Below are positions 26,231 to 35,981 of a DNA stretch of 64,000 bases, piece after piece. Under the pieces are notes generated by a model. That model had not been told where the DNA came from and did no database searches. It worked only from the letters and a program-made list of their open reading frames with translations. Origin of the DNA: Desulfuromonas sp. (lineage in GTDB: Bacteria > Desulfobacterota > Desulfuromonadia > Desulfuromonadales > Desulfuromonadaceae). Each line of letters starts with the position of its first letter. Positions within the stretch are counted from its first letter, which is position 1. The DNA is taken from contig PKUE01000146.1 in the NCBI GenBank assembly GCA_002869685.1, positions 4,882-68,881 on the forward strand. Direction: 5' to 3'. Made by a program: the position numbers and the translations under genes.

Positions 26231-27292
26231 ATGGCGGAGGAGTCTGGACAGGAACGGACAGAAGAAGCCACTAGTAAGCGGCGCGAGGATTTTCGCAAAA
26301 AAGGTCAGGTGGCCCAGAGTAAAGAGGTCAATACAGCTGCTTTGCTGAGCCTGTCGCTGCTGCTGTGGTACTTTTATGCTGGCTCGTTCTGGGATCAGTT
26401 GTCGTGGCTGGTGAGCCACTTCTGGGAACAGGCGGGGTCGCTGGTGGTGACGCCGCAATCCGTGGTGCAGATTCTACTCTTTGTCCTGCAAAAAACAGCC
26501 TTACTGTTATCTCCATTGTTTATGATGGTCCTGGTTGTCGGTTTCTTTGCCAGTTTTTTTCAGATTGGCTGGCTGTTCACCGGCAAACCGTTGATGCCTG
26601 ATCTGACCAAGCTTGACCCCATCAAGGGAGCGGCCCGTTTTGTCTCCAAGCGTTCACTGGTTGAGCTGATCAAATCACTGGCCAAAGTCGCTCTGGTCGG
26701 CTATGTCGCCTACAGAACAGTCTTTCACGAGTTTGAGAATGCACTGTATCTGGTTGATATGGACGTTATTGAAACGGTGCGTTATGTCGGACGTGTAGCT
26801 ATGACCGTCCTGCTCAAGTGCTGTGGTGTCATGGTCCTGCTGGCTCTGCTTGATTTCATGTTCGTCCGTTGGGAAATGGAAGAGAAGATGAAAATGACCA
26901 AACAGGAGCAGAAGGAGGAATTTAAGGAGAGCGAAGGTGATCCGCATCTCAAAGCGCGGGTGCGCTCCATTCAGCAGCAGATGGCCCGGCGGCGGATGAT
27001 GTCGGAAGTTCCCAAGGCCGATGTTGTTATCACCAACCCGACCCACCTTTCGGTTGCGTTGCAGTATGTGCAGGGTGAAATGGATGCACCGATTATTATT
27101 GCCAAAGGTGCCGATAATGTGGCGATGAAAATTAGAGAAATCGCCACGGAAAATAAAATTCCTCTGGTTGAAAACGTCGATGTGGCACGCGCCTTGTATA
27201 AGGTTGATGTGGGGGCCGTTGTGCCTGAGCAGATGTTCCAGGCCGTGGCCGAAATTCTGGCCTATGTGTACAGTCTTAAACGAAAGTCGTAA
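26231..27292 (+). CDS. flhB: Export switch protein FlhB
   Basis: ERTEEATSKR, KESEGDP, intact NPTH autocleavage site. Confidence 0.97.
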   Translation: MAEESGQERTEEATSKRREDFRKKGQVAQSKEVNTAALLSLSLLLWYFYAGSFWDQLSWLVSHFWEQAGSLVVTPQSVVQILLFVLQKTALLLSPLFMMVLVVGFFASFFQIGWLFTGKPLMPDLTKLDPIKGAARFVSKRSLVELIKSLAKVALVGYVAYRTVFHEFENALYLVDMDVIETVRYVGRVAMTVLLKCCGVMVLLALLDFMFVRWEMEEKMKMTKQEQKEEFKESEGDPHLKARVRSIQQQMARRRMMSEVPKADVVITNPTHLSVALQYVQGEMDAPIIIAKGADNVAMKIREIATENKIPLVENVDVARALYKVDVGAVVPEQMFQAVAEILAYVYSLKRKS

Positions 27293-27303
27293 CGATATAA
27301 TCC

Positions 27304-29403
27304 ATGTTTGAAGCGATGGCAGAAAATAAATGGTTCCGGCTGATTGTGCGCAGCGACATCATGGTCTCTCTCGGCCTGGTTATGGTGTTGATGCTGATGA
27401 TCATCCCTTTGCCGCCGGTTCTGCTCGATATCTTTTTATCGCTTAACATCACGCTTGCCCTGTTGATCCTGATCATCAGTCTTTATACGGCAAAATCAGT
27501 GGAGTTCGCCGTGTTCCCGGCGGTTCTGCTGGCGACAACGCTGTTTCGGCTGTCGCTGAATGTTGCCTCAACACGGCTGATCCTCCTCCACGGCGAAGAA
27601 GGTCCCAGTGCTGCCGGTTCGGTCATCATGTCGTTCGGTCAGTTTGTCGTCGGTGGTAATTATGTCGTCGGTCTGGTTATTTTTATTATCCTGGTACTGA
27701 TCAATTTTATGGTTATTACCAAAGGTGCCGGACGTGTCGCTGAAGTTGCCGCGCGATTCACCCTCGATGCCATGCCCGGTAAGCAGATGGCTATTGACGC
27801 TGACCTTAACGCCGGCCTGATCAATGATCAGGAAGCCAAGCAACGGCGTGCCGGGATTGCCAATGAAGCCGACTTCTACGGCGCCATGGACGGTGCCAGC
27901 AAGTTTGTGCGTGGTGATGCCATTGCCGGTATTATCATCACTCTGATCAACATCGGTGCCGGTTTTGTCATTGGTGTTGTCCAGAAGGGGATGCCGGCAA
28001 TGGAGGCGGCTCAGAACTATACGATTCTGACGGTTGGTGATGGCCTGGTCGGTCAGGTGCCGGCACTGATCATCTCAACAGCCGCCGGTATTCTGGTGAC
28101 ACGTACTGCCGGAACCGGCGATTTCGGCTCCGATCTCAAGGCTCAATTCAGTGTACATCCCCAGGCGGTCTGGGTGGTATCGGCGATACTGCTCGCTTTT
28201 GCCCTGATACCGGGATTGCCGTTCGGTCCCTTTATCACCCTGTCACTGATCCTGGCGGTTATTGCCCATAACCTGCAGAAAAAGACTGCCCAGGATGAGT
28301 TGGCCGCCGAGGCGATGAAGCTGGATCAGGAGCGGCCTGCCGCGCGTGAAAAAGAGGATAACTACGATGAAATGCTCAATGTCGATCTGCTTGAGCTGGA
28401 AGTCGGCTACGGTTTGATCCCCTTTGTCGATGCCGCTCAGGATGGTGAATTACTGGAGCGGATCCGTTCCATCCGCAAGCAGTTCGCCCTTGATTCCGGA
28501 TTTATTGTTCCTCCGGTGCACATCAAAGACAATTTGCAGTTGAAGCCCAACGAGTACAATTTCATGCTCAAAGGGGTGAAAGTCGCAGGGGCTGAGATGT
28601 TGCCAGGCCATTTCATGGCGATGAATCCGGGTATGGCAACTGAAAATATTAAAGGGATTGCCACCGAAGAGCCGGCCTTCGGCCTGCCGGCAACCTGGAT
28701 CTCCGAAGATAAAAAAGAACGGGCTCAGATTGCCGGTTACACGGTCGTGGACTGTACTACCGTCATGGCAACTCACATCAGCGAGATCATAAAACGCTAC
28801 GCCCATGAACTTTTGGGCCGCCAAGAGGTACAGAACTTGCTAGATAATCTCAAGAAGAGTTATCCCAAGCTGGTTGAAGACCTGGTGCCCGATCCGTTGA
28901 ACCTCGGGATGATCATGCGGGTTCTGCAGAATCTGCTGCGCGAGGATGTATCGATTCGCGATTTGCGCACTGTGCTTGAAACCCTGGCGGACTATGCTTC
29001 ACCGGGGGCGGATCCAGACCTGCTGACAGAACATGTCCGCAGTGCGCTGGCACGCTCGATCAGTGGTAAGTATGCGCAAGCAGATGATGTTCTGGCTGTG
29101 ATGACTCTGGATCGCAAGATTGAGGAAGGTATTCAGCAATCGTTGCAGAGGACTGAAGGCGGTGGCGGTTACCTGGCCATGGAACCGAGACAGGCTCAGG
29201 CGATTCTCGACGCCTTGGCAGAACAGATTCAACACTTCAGCGGTGGCATGGCTCCGGTGCTGTTATGTTCGCCAACGATTCGTCCTCATGTCAAAAAACT
29301 GACTGAAAGATACCTCCCCAGTCTGGTCGTGATCTCCCACAATGAGATCGCCTCGCATTTAAAAGTTCGCTCTATTGGAATGGTGAAAGTCAATGCAGGT
29401 TAG
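27304..29403 (+). CDS. flhA: Export gate protein FlhA
   Basis: RVAEVAARFTLDAMPGKQMAIDADL, FYGAMDGASKFVRGD. Confidence 0.98.
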   Translation: MFEAMAENKWFRLIVRSDIMVSLGLVMVLMLMIIPLPPVLLDIFLSLNITLALLILIISLYTAKSVEFAVFPAVLLATTLFRLSLNVASTRLILLHGEEGPSAAGSVIMSFGQFVVGGNYVVGLVIFIILVLINFMVITKGAGRVAEVAARFTLDAMPGKQMAIDADLNAGLINDQEAKQRRAGIANEADFYGAMDGASKFVRGDAIAGIIITLINIGAGFVIGVVQKGMPAMEAAQNYTILTVGDGLVGQVPALIISTAAGILVTRTAGTGDFGSDLKAQFSVHPQAVWVVSAILLAFALIPGLPFGPFITLSLILAVIAHNLQKKTAQDELAAEAMKLDQERPAAREKEDNYDEMLNVDLLELEVGYGLIPFVDAAQDGELLERIRSIRKQFALDSGFIVPPVHIKDNLQLKPNEYNFMLKGVKVAGAEMLPGHFMAMNPGMATENIKGIATEEPAFGLPATWISEDKKERAQIAGYTVVDCTTVMATHISEIIKRYAHELLGRQEVQNLLDNLKKSYPKLVEDLVPDPLNLGMIMRVLQNLLREDVSIRDLRTVLETLADYASPGADPDLLTEHVRSALARSISGKYAQADDVLAVMTLDRKIEEGIQQSLQRTEGGGGYLAMEPRQAQAILDALAEQIQHFSGGMAPVLLCSPTIRPHVKKLTERYLPSLVVISHNEIASHLKVRSIGMVKVNAG

Positions 29404-30706
29404 GGTTTTCGAATCAGAAGATATGGATTCTGCGCTGCGCATGATCAAGGAAGCGCTGGGGCCGGATGCGTTGATTTTGTCGTCCCGGACGGTTCGTAAA
29501 GGGGGCATGGGCCTGTTTGGCAAGCCTGTTCTCGAAGTGACCGCAGCCGTTGACGCCAATGCCGAGGCTCCTGAGGGGGAGAGTGCCGCACCGATCAGAC
29601 ATCTCGATGTTCGAGCTGATGATGACGATGAGCTGGATTACCAGAAATTGTGGTCAACCAAACCAGTTGAAACCGTTGCTCAACGGATGCCGTTTATCGA
29701 AGATGCACTGCCTAACCCCTACGCCCGTGCCAAGGCAACCCCGATGGCTGCAGGACTTCCTGCGCAATCCCTCGATTCACTTCGCAGTGAAATGGGGGAA
29801 CTGAAAAATCTGGTCAGTTCGCTGGTCAAGGATTTGCCCGGTCAGATCGAAAAAGTTGCCCAGCAGAAGTCTCAGCCGATGATTGCTCCGGCTGTGCATC
29901 GTTTCACCAGTCTGTCGACCTCCGATCAGCAGATTCATGATGGTCTGACCCGGTTGGGGATTGAAGCCGAAGCGGCGTCAACCATTGCCCATTATGCCTC
30001 CAGTCAGCTGACTGCCCGCCAGATTGCCGATCCGGCACTGCTCAACGCTTTTTTTGCCAAAACTATTGCAGAGCTGGTTCAGACGACGGGCAGTATCCTG
30101 CCTGAGGCGGGCGAATCAAAACGTATTGCCCTGATCGGCCCGACCGGGGTTGGCAAAACCACCACCATTGCCAAATTGGCCGCATCGCACCTGCTGGCGG
30201 GAGGAAAACGTGTGGCGATGGTGACAATCGATACCTATCGGATTGCGGCGGTGGAACAGCTCAAAGTTTACGGCGAGATCATGAATCTGCCAGTTGAAGT
30301 GGTGATGACTGCGGACCAATTACGTGAGGTTCTGGAGCGTCATAGCAACAAAGATCTCATTCTGATAGATACGGCCGGGCGTAGCCCGAAGGACTCGGTC
30401 AGTTTGAAGGAGTTGGAGGAATTTCTCCAGGTGGATCCGGAAATTGAAGCCCATCTGGTGCTGTCGGCGACAACGCGGGAACGCGATCTTTACGAGACTT
30501 ATGGCCGTTTCAGTGCACTGTCTCCCAAGAGTTTGCTGCTGACCAAACTTGATGAGTGTGACAGCCTGGGTGTGCTGCTCAATATTCATTTACGCAACAA
30601 CTGTCCCATATCGTATCTGGCCAACGGTCAGAGAGTTCCGGAGGATCTTGTTCTGGCGACATCTGAGCAAGTCAGTTCAATGATTCTTGAGAGCAGTGAA
30701 GGATAA
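29393..30706 (+). CDS. flhF: SRP-family GTPase FlhF
   Basis: GPTGVGKTTT, DTYRIAA, DTAGR, TKLDE. Confidence 0.97.
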   Translation: MQVRVFESEDMDSALRMIKEALGPDALILSSRTVRKGGMGLFGKPVLEVTAAVDANAEAPEGESAAPIRHLDVRADDDDELDYQKLWSTKPVETVAQRMPFIEDALPNPYARAKATPMAAGLPAQSLDSLRSEMGELKNLVSSLVKDLPGQIEKVAQQKSQPMIAPAVHRFTSLSTSDQQIHDGLTRLGIEAEAASTIAHYASSQLTARQIADPALLNAFFAKTIAELVQTTGSILPEAGESKRIALIGPTGVGKTTTIAKLAASHLLAGGKRVAMVTIDTYRIAAVEQLKVYGEIMNLPVEVVMTADQLREVLERHSNKDLILIDTAGRSPKDSVSLKELEEFLQVDPEIEAHLVLSATTRERDLYETYGRFSALSPKSLLLTKLDECDSLGVLLNIHLRNNCPISYLANGQRVPEDLVLATSEQVSSMILESSEG

Positions 30707-31622
30707 ACTGATGATGGATGGACAACACGAACACGCCGATCAGGCGGGGACGTTACGCTCTTTAAGCGACCGCATGGGAGAGACACCGCGCATGAACGCC
30801 GGCAGCAATAAAATGGCCCGGGTTCTGTCGGTCACCAGTGGTAAGGGGGGCGTTGGCAAGACGGCGGTTGTTTCCAATGTGGCCGTGGCATTGGGACGGA
30901 TGGGCAAAAAAGTTCTGATTATTGATGCCGACCTCGGCCTGGCCAACATCGATGTTGTCTTCGGTCTGGCGCCGCGTTACAACCTCAATCATTTCTTCTC
31001 CGGTCAGCAGAGTCTGGCCGATATTCTGGTTGACGGTCCTGCGGGAGTGCAGATTTTGCCTGCCGGTTCCGGAGTGCAGCAATTTACCCGACTCGAAGCC
31101 AGTCACAAGATGCGTTTCCTTGACGACCTGGAGATGTTGCCCGGCGACTACGATGTGGTATTGATAGATACAGAGGCCGGTATTTCCGAAAATGTCACCT
31201 ATTTTAACCAGGCCGCCCAGGATATTCTGGTTGTGACCACACCGGAACCGACGGCGATTACCGATGCTTATGCGCTGATGAAGCTGCTATCGTCGCAATA
31301 TCACGAAAAACGGTTTAATCTGATTGTCAACTCGGTGCGCCACACCGATGAGGCGTTGGATGTGTATCGCAAGCTGACCATGGTTTCCAATCGTTATCTG
31401 GATATTTCCATCGATTTCATGGGTGGAATCCCATTTGATCGCAAGATGTATGAGTCGGTGCGACGCCAGAAAGTGATGGTGGAAATGTATCCTGGTCACA
31501 AAGTCAGCATGGCGTTTGAAAAATTAGCGACAACCTTGATTCAGGATCAACATCACAGCGAACCCAAGGGATCGCTGCAGTTTTTCTGGAAACGGTTGCT
31601 TTCACTCGGCAGTGGAACGTAA
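30687..31622 (+). CDS. flhG: MinD-like ATPase FlhG/FleN
   Basis: DQAGTLR N-terminal motif, SGKGGVGKT, DADLGLAN; the exact start may be a downstream ATG. Confidence 0.93.
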   Translation: MRAVKDKLMMDGQHEHADQAGTLRSLSDRMGETPRMNAGSNKMARVLSVTSGKGGVGKTAVVSNVAVALGRMGKKVLIIDADLGLANIDVVFGLAPRYNLNHFFSGQQSLADILVDGPAGVQILPAGSGVQQFTRLEASHKMRFLDDLEMLPGDYDVVLIDTEAGISENVTYFNQAAQDILVVTTPEPTAITDAYALMKLLSSQYHEKRFNLIVNSVRHTDEALDVYRKLTMVSNRYLDISIDFMGGIPFDRKMYESVRRQKVMVEMYPGHKVSMAFEKLATTLIQDQHHSEPKGSLQFFWKRLLSLGSGT

Positions 31623-32356
31623 TGATGAGTTCGCCCTACGGCTATGGACCGGTTGCCGGTCAAGACAAAAATGAGCTGGTTAAAGCGCATATGCCGTTGG
31701 TGCGCCTGGTTGTGGAGCGTATGCGCGCCCAGGTTCCGGGGTTTGTTACCAAGGATGACATGACCAGCGCTGCCATGATGGGACTCATGGATGCGGCGAC
31801 CCGCTTCGATCCGTCGCGCGGGATCATGTTCAAGACCTTTGCCGAGCGGCGTATTCGTGGTGCCATTTACGACGAGATCCGTAAAATGGACTGGTTTTCT
31901 CGCTCGTTACGCGAGAAGCAGGGACGGATTGGCAAAACCATCACCGAGATGGAGCATCGCCTGGGGCGGACCCCTGAAGAGGAAGAGGTCGCAGAAGCTC
32001 TGGAGATGACTCTTGACGAGTATCGCCATATGCTCAATCAGGTGTGTCACCTCGGGTGTGTCAGCCTCAACGAAACGCTGGACGAGCGCGAAGACGGGCG
32101 CAACTTTCTCGACCTGCTCACCGATGATTCACCCTCCGTACAACAACGCATCGAAGAAAGTGAAATTGCCAATGAACTGGCCAGTCAACTGGAGAAGCTT
32201 TCTGAAAAAGAACGGCTGGTGATTTCATTGTATTACTATGAAGAGTTAACCCAGAAAGAGATCGCGGAGGTGCTTGATTTGACTGAAGGACGTATCTCCC
32301 AACTGCACAGTCAGGCGCTGGTCAAACTCAAAGTGAAACTGTCCCGGGGGAGGTAA
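31622..32356 (+). CDS. fliA: Flagellar sigma factor FliA (sigma28)
   Basis: AERRIRGAIYDEIRKMDW, LYYYEELTQKEIAEVL..TEGRISQLHSQA. Confidence 0.97.
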   Translation: MMSSPYGYGPVAGQDKNELVKAHMPLVRLVVERMRAQVPGFVTKDDMTSAAMMGLMDAATRFDPSRGIMFKTFAERRIRGAIYDEIRKMDWFSRSLREKQGRIGKTITEMEHRLGRTPEEEEVAEALEMTLDEYRHMLNQVCHLGCVSLNETLDEREDGRNFLDLLTDDSPSVQQRIEESEIANELASQLEKLSEKERLVISLYYYEELTQKEIAEVLDLTEGRISQLHSQALVKLKVKLSRGR

Positions 32357-32361
32357 GCGAC

Positions 32362-32796
32362 GTGCAGCAGACACTCCATAGCGCCATTGATGCCCTGTTT
32401 AATTTCCCCCAGCTTCAGTTGGTGTTTATCTGTTTCATGATGTTGGTTTTCGCTGTTGCCGTCTGGCGGATGCAGCGTCGCATCAACGAGGATATCCGTC
32501 GGCGGGAAGAAGGCGACCGGCAGTTACTCAATGCGTTGCAACGGATCACCCGGCTTGAAGATCAACTGGCCAACTCTCCGACCACGGCGACCTTTGAGCG
32601 CACACTCGATCATGCCGAGCTCAAAAACCGCCTGCAGGCACCGGTGACCTCCGGCAATGCCCCCAACAAATATCGCCATGTATCGGCTCTGGCCGAGCAG
32701 GGAATGACCGAGCAGCAGATTGCTGAGGTGTTGAATATTTCTGTCGCAGAAGCTTCCCAGCTTATCTCCCTCTCCCGTATTGCCTGCAGCGAGTAA
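32362..32796 (+). CDS. Membrane-anchored hypothetical protein (DUF2802-like C-terminus)
   Basis: N-terminal TM segment, coiled coil, 'LAEQGMTEQQIAEVLNISVAEASQL'. Confidence 0.6.
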   Translation: MQQTLHSAIDALFNFPQLQLVFICFMMLVFAVAVWRMQRRINEDIRRREEGDRQLLNALQRITRLEDQLANSPTTATFERTLDHAELKNRLQAPVTSGNAPNKYRHVSALAEQGMTEQQIAEVLNISVAEASQLISLSRIACSE

Positions 32797-32845
32797 TCGC
32801 GGCGCGTTGTCTCACGACTTTCTTCTCTGATTTTCTCCTCATTGC

Positions 32846-32873
32846 TAAAGTTTTTCCCCTGGACTGACGACAT
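32846..32873 (+). promoter_or_regulatory. Weak sigma28-like promoter upstream of flgF
   Basis: TAAA-N16-GACGACAT (5/8 match to GCCGATAA). Confidence 0.35.
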
Positions 32874-32907
32874 GTCAGGTAACGAAGATTGATTCAGGAG
32901 AAAACTT

Positions 32908-33630
32908 ATGACATCCGGACTGTATGCTGCCTTAAGTGGTGCTGTTTCAAAAATGGAAATTGTCGATATCGTCGGCAATAACCTGTCCAATATCAGTACC
33001 CTCGGTTACAAAAAAGACCGCATCCAATTCAGTGCCATGCTTAACGATGCCCAGCAAACCCAGCAGACAGCCGGCGTCAACTATACTTATGTGGGTGAGG
33101 TTCAGACTGTTTATTCCCAGGGGATGACTGTCGATACCCGCAATGATTATGACGTGGCAATCAGCGGTGAGGGCTTCTTTAAAATTCGCGATGACGAAGG
33201 GATTTATTACACTCGTCTGGGTGGTTTTGACCGAGGGCAAGGTGGTGAATTGGTCACCCGTACCGGAGCGCAGGTCCTTAGTGCGGATAATAAACCGATC
33301 ATTGTTCCCGAGGGGCCGATCATGATTGACGAGAAAGGTCGCATCCTTGGTGAAGAGGGGGAAGTGGGCCAGATTGCCCTGATGAATCCGGATACCAGTA
33401 AGCTGATCAAAGAAGGACTGGGCCGTTATCGTTATGACGGTGATGAGCGGGAAGTGCAGCCCGGTATTGACAGTCAGATTCTGCAAGGCCACCTTGAACA
33501 GTCCAATGTCAATGCTATGGAAGAAACCACTTTGATGATGACCAGCTTGCGAGCATTCGAAAGTTATCAGAAGGCCATGAAAAACTACCTCGATCTCGAG
33601 AGCAAGATCAACGATATCGGGATCCTTTAA
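32908..33630 (+). CDS. flgF: Rod protein FlgF
   Basis: GNNLSNISTLGYKKD, DVAISGEGFF, LEQSNVN; precedes flgG. Confidence 0.9.
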   Translation: MTSGLYAALSGAVSKMEIVDIVGNNLSNISTLGYKKDRIQFSAMLNDAQQTQQTAGVNYTYVGEVQTVYSQGMTVDTRNDYDVAISGEGFFKIRDDEGIYYTRLGGFDRGQGGELVTRTGAQVLSADNKPIIVPEGPIMIDEKGRILGEEGEVGQIALMNPDTSKLIKEGLGRYRYDGDEREVQPGIDSQILQGHLEQSNVNAMEETTLMMTSLRAFESYQKAMKNYLDLESKINDIGIL

Positions 33631-33635
33631 TTCAT

Positions 33636-33662
33636 TTAAGTCAGCTATTCATATCACGATAA
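33636..33662 (+). promoter_or_regulatory. Weak sigma28-like promoter upstream of flgG
   Basis: TTAA-N15-CACGATAA. Confidence 0.35.
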
Positions 33663-33695
33663 ATTGATGACACAGCACCAACAGGAGACAGCGTT

Positions 33696-34481
33696 ATGAT
33701 CAGAGCATTGTGGACCGCCGCAACCGGCATGGAATCGCAACAGACCAACATAGACGTGATTGCCAACAATCTGGCCAACGTCAACACCAGCGGTTTTAAG
33801 AAAAGTCGCGCCGACTTTCAGGAGTTGCTCTATCAGGTCAGCAAGTCCCAAGGCAGTTCAACATCTGCCGATACTGTTTCGCCGACCGGTATTCAGGTTG
33901 GCCTCGGTTCGCGTACCGCAGCGGTACAGAAAGTGTTCAGCACCGGTGATATGATGCAGACGGAAAATGAGCTGGATTTGGCCATTGAAGGTCGCGGTTT
34001 TTTTCAGGTTGAAATGCCTGATGGTACAACGGCTTACACCCGCTCCGGCGCATTGAAAAAAGATGGCGACGGACGGTTGACCACCTCGGAAGGGTATTTG
34101 ATGACTCCGCAGATTGTCATTCCGCAAAATACCACCAGTATCTCCATCGGCCAGGATGGGACGGTGGATGTTTTCCTCGATGGTGACTCAACGTCAACGG
34201 AAATCGGTGTCGTCGAGCTGGCCACCTTCAGCAACGAGTCCGGTCTGCGCAGCATGGGCCGCAATCTCTATGTTGAAACCGTCTCTTCCGGCGCCGCGAC
34301 CACGGGTGTTCCCGGCGAAAACGGTATTGGAACCCTGTCGCAAGGATACCTGGAAGGGTCCAATGTCAGCGTCATGGAGGAGATGGTCAATATGATCGCC
34401 GGGCAGCGCGCCTATGAGGTCAACTCCAAAGCAATTCAAACTGCAGATGAGATGCTGCAGATGACCAATAATCTGGTCTAG
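33696..34481 (+). CDS. flgG: Distal rod protein FlgG
   Basis: MIRALWTAATGM, ANNLANVNTSGFKK, QRAYEVNSK. Confidence 0.97.
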   Translation: MIRALWTAATGMESQQTNIDVIANNLANVNTSGFKKSRADFQELLYQVSKSQGSSTSADTVSPTGIQVGLGSRTAAVQKVFSTGDMMQTENELDLAIEGRGFFQVEMPDGTTAYTRSGALKKDGDGRLTTSEGYLMTPQIVIPQNTTSISIGQDGTVDVFLDGDSTSTEIGVVELATFSNESGLRSMGRNLYVETVSSGAATTGVPGENGIGTLSQGYLEGSNVSVMEEMVNMIAGQRAYEVNSKAIQTADEMLQMTNNLV

Positions 34482-34484
34482 GCG

Positions 34485-35237
34485 ATGACCGTGTTGTGTT
34501 TGCGCAATAACCGCCGTTCTTTTCAATTGCTGATAATCCTGGTAGTGCTGGTGAGCAGCGTGTTCAACGCCGTTAGCGTAACATCCGCTGTTGCCGCCGA
34601 ACGCACGATTAACCAGAACGACGTGCATCACAGCATTGATCAGTATCTGGAAACCGCCGAGTCGCGATTGCAACACGTTGACTATACGTTTCAGCCCTTT
34701 GCCGAGATTGACGCATTTACTCTGCCCGAAGGACGTCTGCAGGTGGATGTTCTGCCTGCGGTCAAAGGGATTGCCGGCAGTCGCCATTTCACCGTGATTT
34801 ATCGTGTTGACGGACGCACTGTCAAATCGGTGACCGTGCGGGGAAAACTGCTGGTTCAGTCCGATGTCGTTGTTGCACAACGGGCGTTAAAGCGTGGAAC
34901 TCTGGTTGGTGCTGGTGACGTGAGTTTGGAGCGGCTTGATGTCAGCCGGATTCGCGAACCCATTTTCAGCCTGGATCAGGTTGTTGGCAAACTGGTCGTG
35001 CGAAATGTCCGGGTGGGGCAGGCTGTTGAACAAAAGAATATCGAAATGCCCCCCGTTGTCGCCAAAGGGGGCTTTGTGAAGATCGTTGCCCGTCGTGGTG
35101 GGATGCTGTTAACAGCCGTGGGCATTGCTCTTGAAGATGGTAAGATGGGCGATGTGATTCGGGTACAGAACAACAGCTCTAAAAAAAATGTGATGGCCCA
35201 GGTTGTCGGACCGGATCAGGTGGAAGTGGAGTTTTAA
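34485..35237 (+). CDS. flgA: P-ring chaperone FlgA
   Basis: Signal peptide, SAF domain, GIALEDGKMGDVIRVQN. Confidence 0.93.
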   Translation: MTVLCLRNNRRSFQLLIILVVLVSSVFNAVSVTSAVAAERTINQNDVHHSIDQYLETAESRLQHVDYTFQPFAEIDAFTLPEGRLQVDVLPAVKGIAGSRHFTVIYRVDGRTVKSVTVRGKLLVQSDVVVAQRALKRGTLVGAGDVSLERLDVSRIREPIFSLDQVVGKLVVRNVRVGQAVEQKNIEMPPVVAKGGFVKIVARRGGMLLTAVGIALEDGKMGDVIRVQNNSSKKNVMAQVVGPDQVEVEF

Positions 35238-35238
35238 C

Positions 35239-35940
35239 ATGAACATCTTGATACAACGCCTCTGGTGGGCTCTGATCGTTTTAAGCGGTCTTGTTGCCTG
35301 TACCCCGATTCAGCCGCGCGACCCGGACATGTCCAAGCCTGTGACAGTCGAAACGCCGGTGATTGAAGCGCCGGTGCCACAAACCCCCGGTTCGTTATGG
35401 ACCACGGGCAATGGCAGCCTTTTTGTTGATAACCGTGCCAGCCGGGTTGGTGACATCCTGACGGTGGCAATTTACGAGCAGGCCGAGGCCAGTAAAGAAG
35501 CGACCACTTCGACGGGGCGTTCCACCTCTGCCAGTGCTGATATCACGAAGTTGTTCGGCTTGGAATCAAATCTCGCCAATCTCAACAGCTCCATTGATCC
35601 GGCTAATCTGGTCAGTGCCGGATATACCAACGATTTCCAGGGATCTGGCACGACAACACGCAAAGAAGATCTGGTTGCCACCTTGACCACTCGGGTTGTT
35701 GAAGTGCTGCCCAATGGCACGTTAAGAATTTCCGGCAGTAAAAGCGTGACAGTCAACCATGAACAGCAGTTGATCCATCTCTCCGGCATTGTCCGGCAGC
35801 AGGACATTACCCCTGAGAACCTGATTGATTCAAAATATGTTCTAGATGCCAATATCGTCTACAGTGGCAAAGGGGTGATTGACGAAAAGCAGAGGCCCGG
35901 CTGGTTGCTGCGGCTGATGGATACGGTTTCCCCTTTCTAA
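35239..35940 (+). CDS. flgH: L-ring lipoprotein FlgH
   Basis: Lipobox LVAC, GSLW, RASRVGDILTV, SGIVRQQDI, PGWL. Confidence 0.96.
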   Translation: MNILIQRLWWALIVLSGLVACTPIQPRDPDMSKPVTVETPVIEAPVPQTPGSLWTTGNGSLFVDNRASRVGDILTVAIYEQAEASKEATTSTGRSTSASADITKLFGLESNLANLNSSIDPANLVSAGYTNDFQGSGTTTRKEDLVATLTTRVVEVLPNGTLRISGSKSVTVNHEQQLIHLSGIVRQQDITPENLIDSKYVLDANIVYSGKGVIDEKQRPGWLLRLMDTVSPF

Positions 35941-35981
35941 CCCACTGCAAGGCGGGGTGTTTTCCCGTTGGAGTAAAAATA

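Noticed and set aside
34194-34880. 228-aa minus-strand ORF
   Set aside because: Antisense to flgG/flgA
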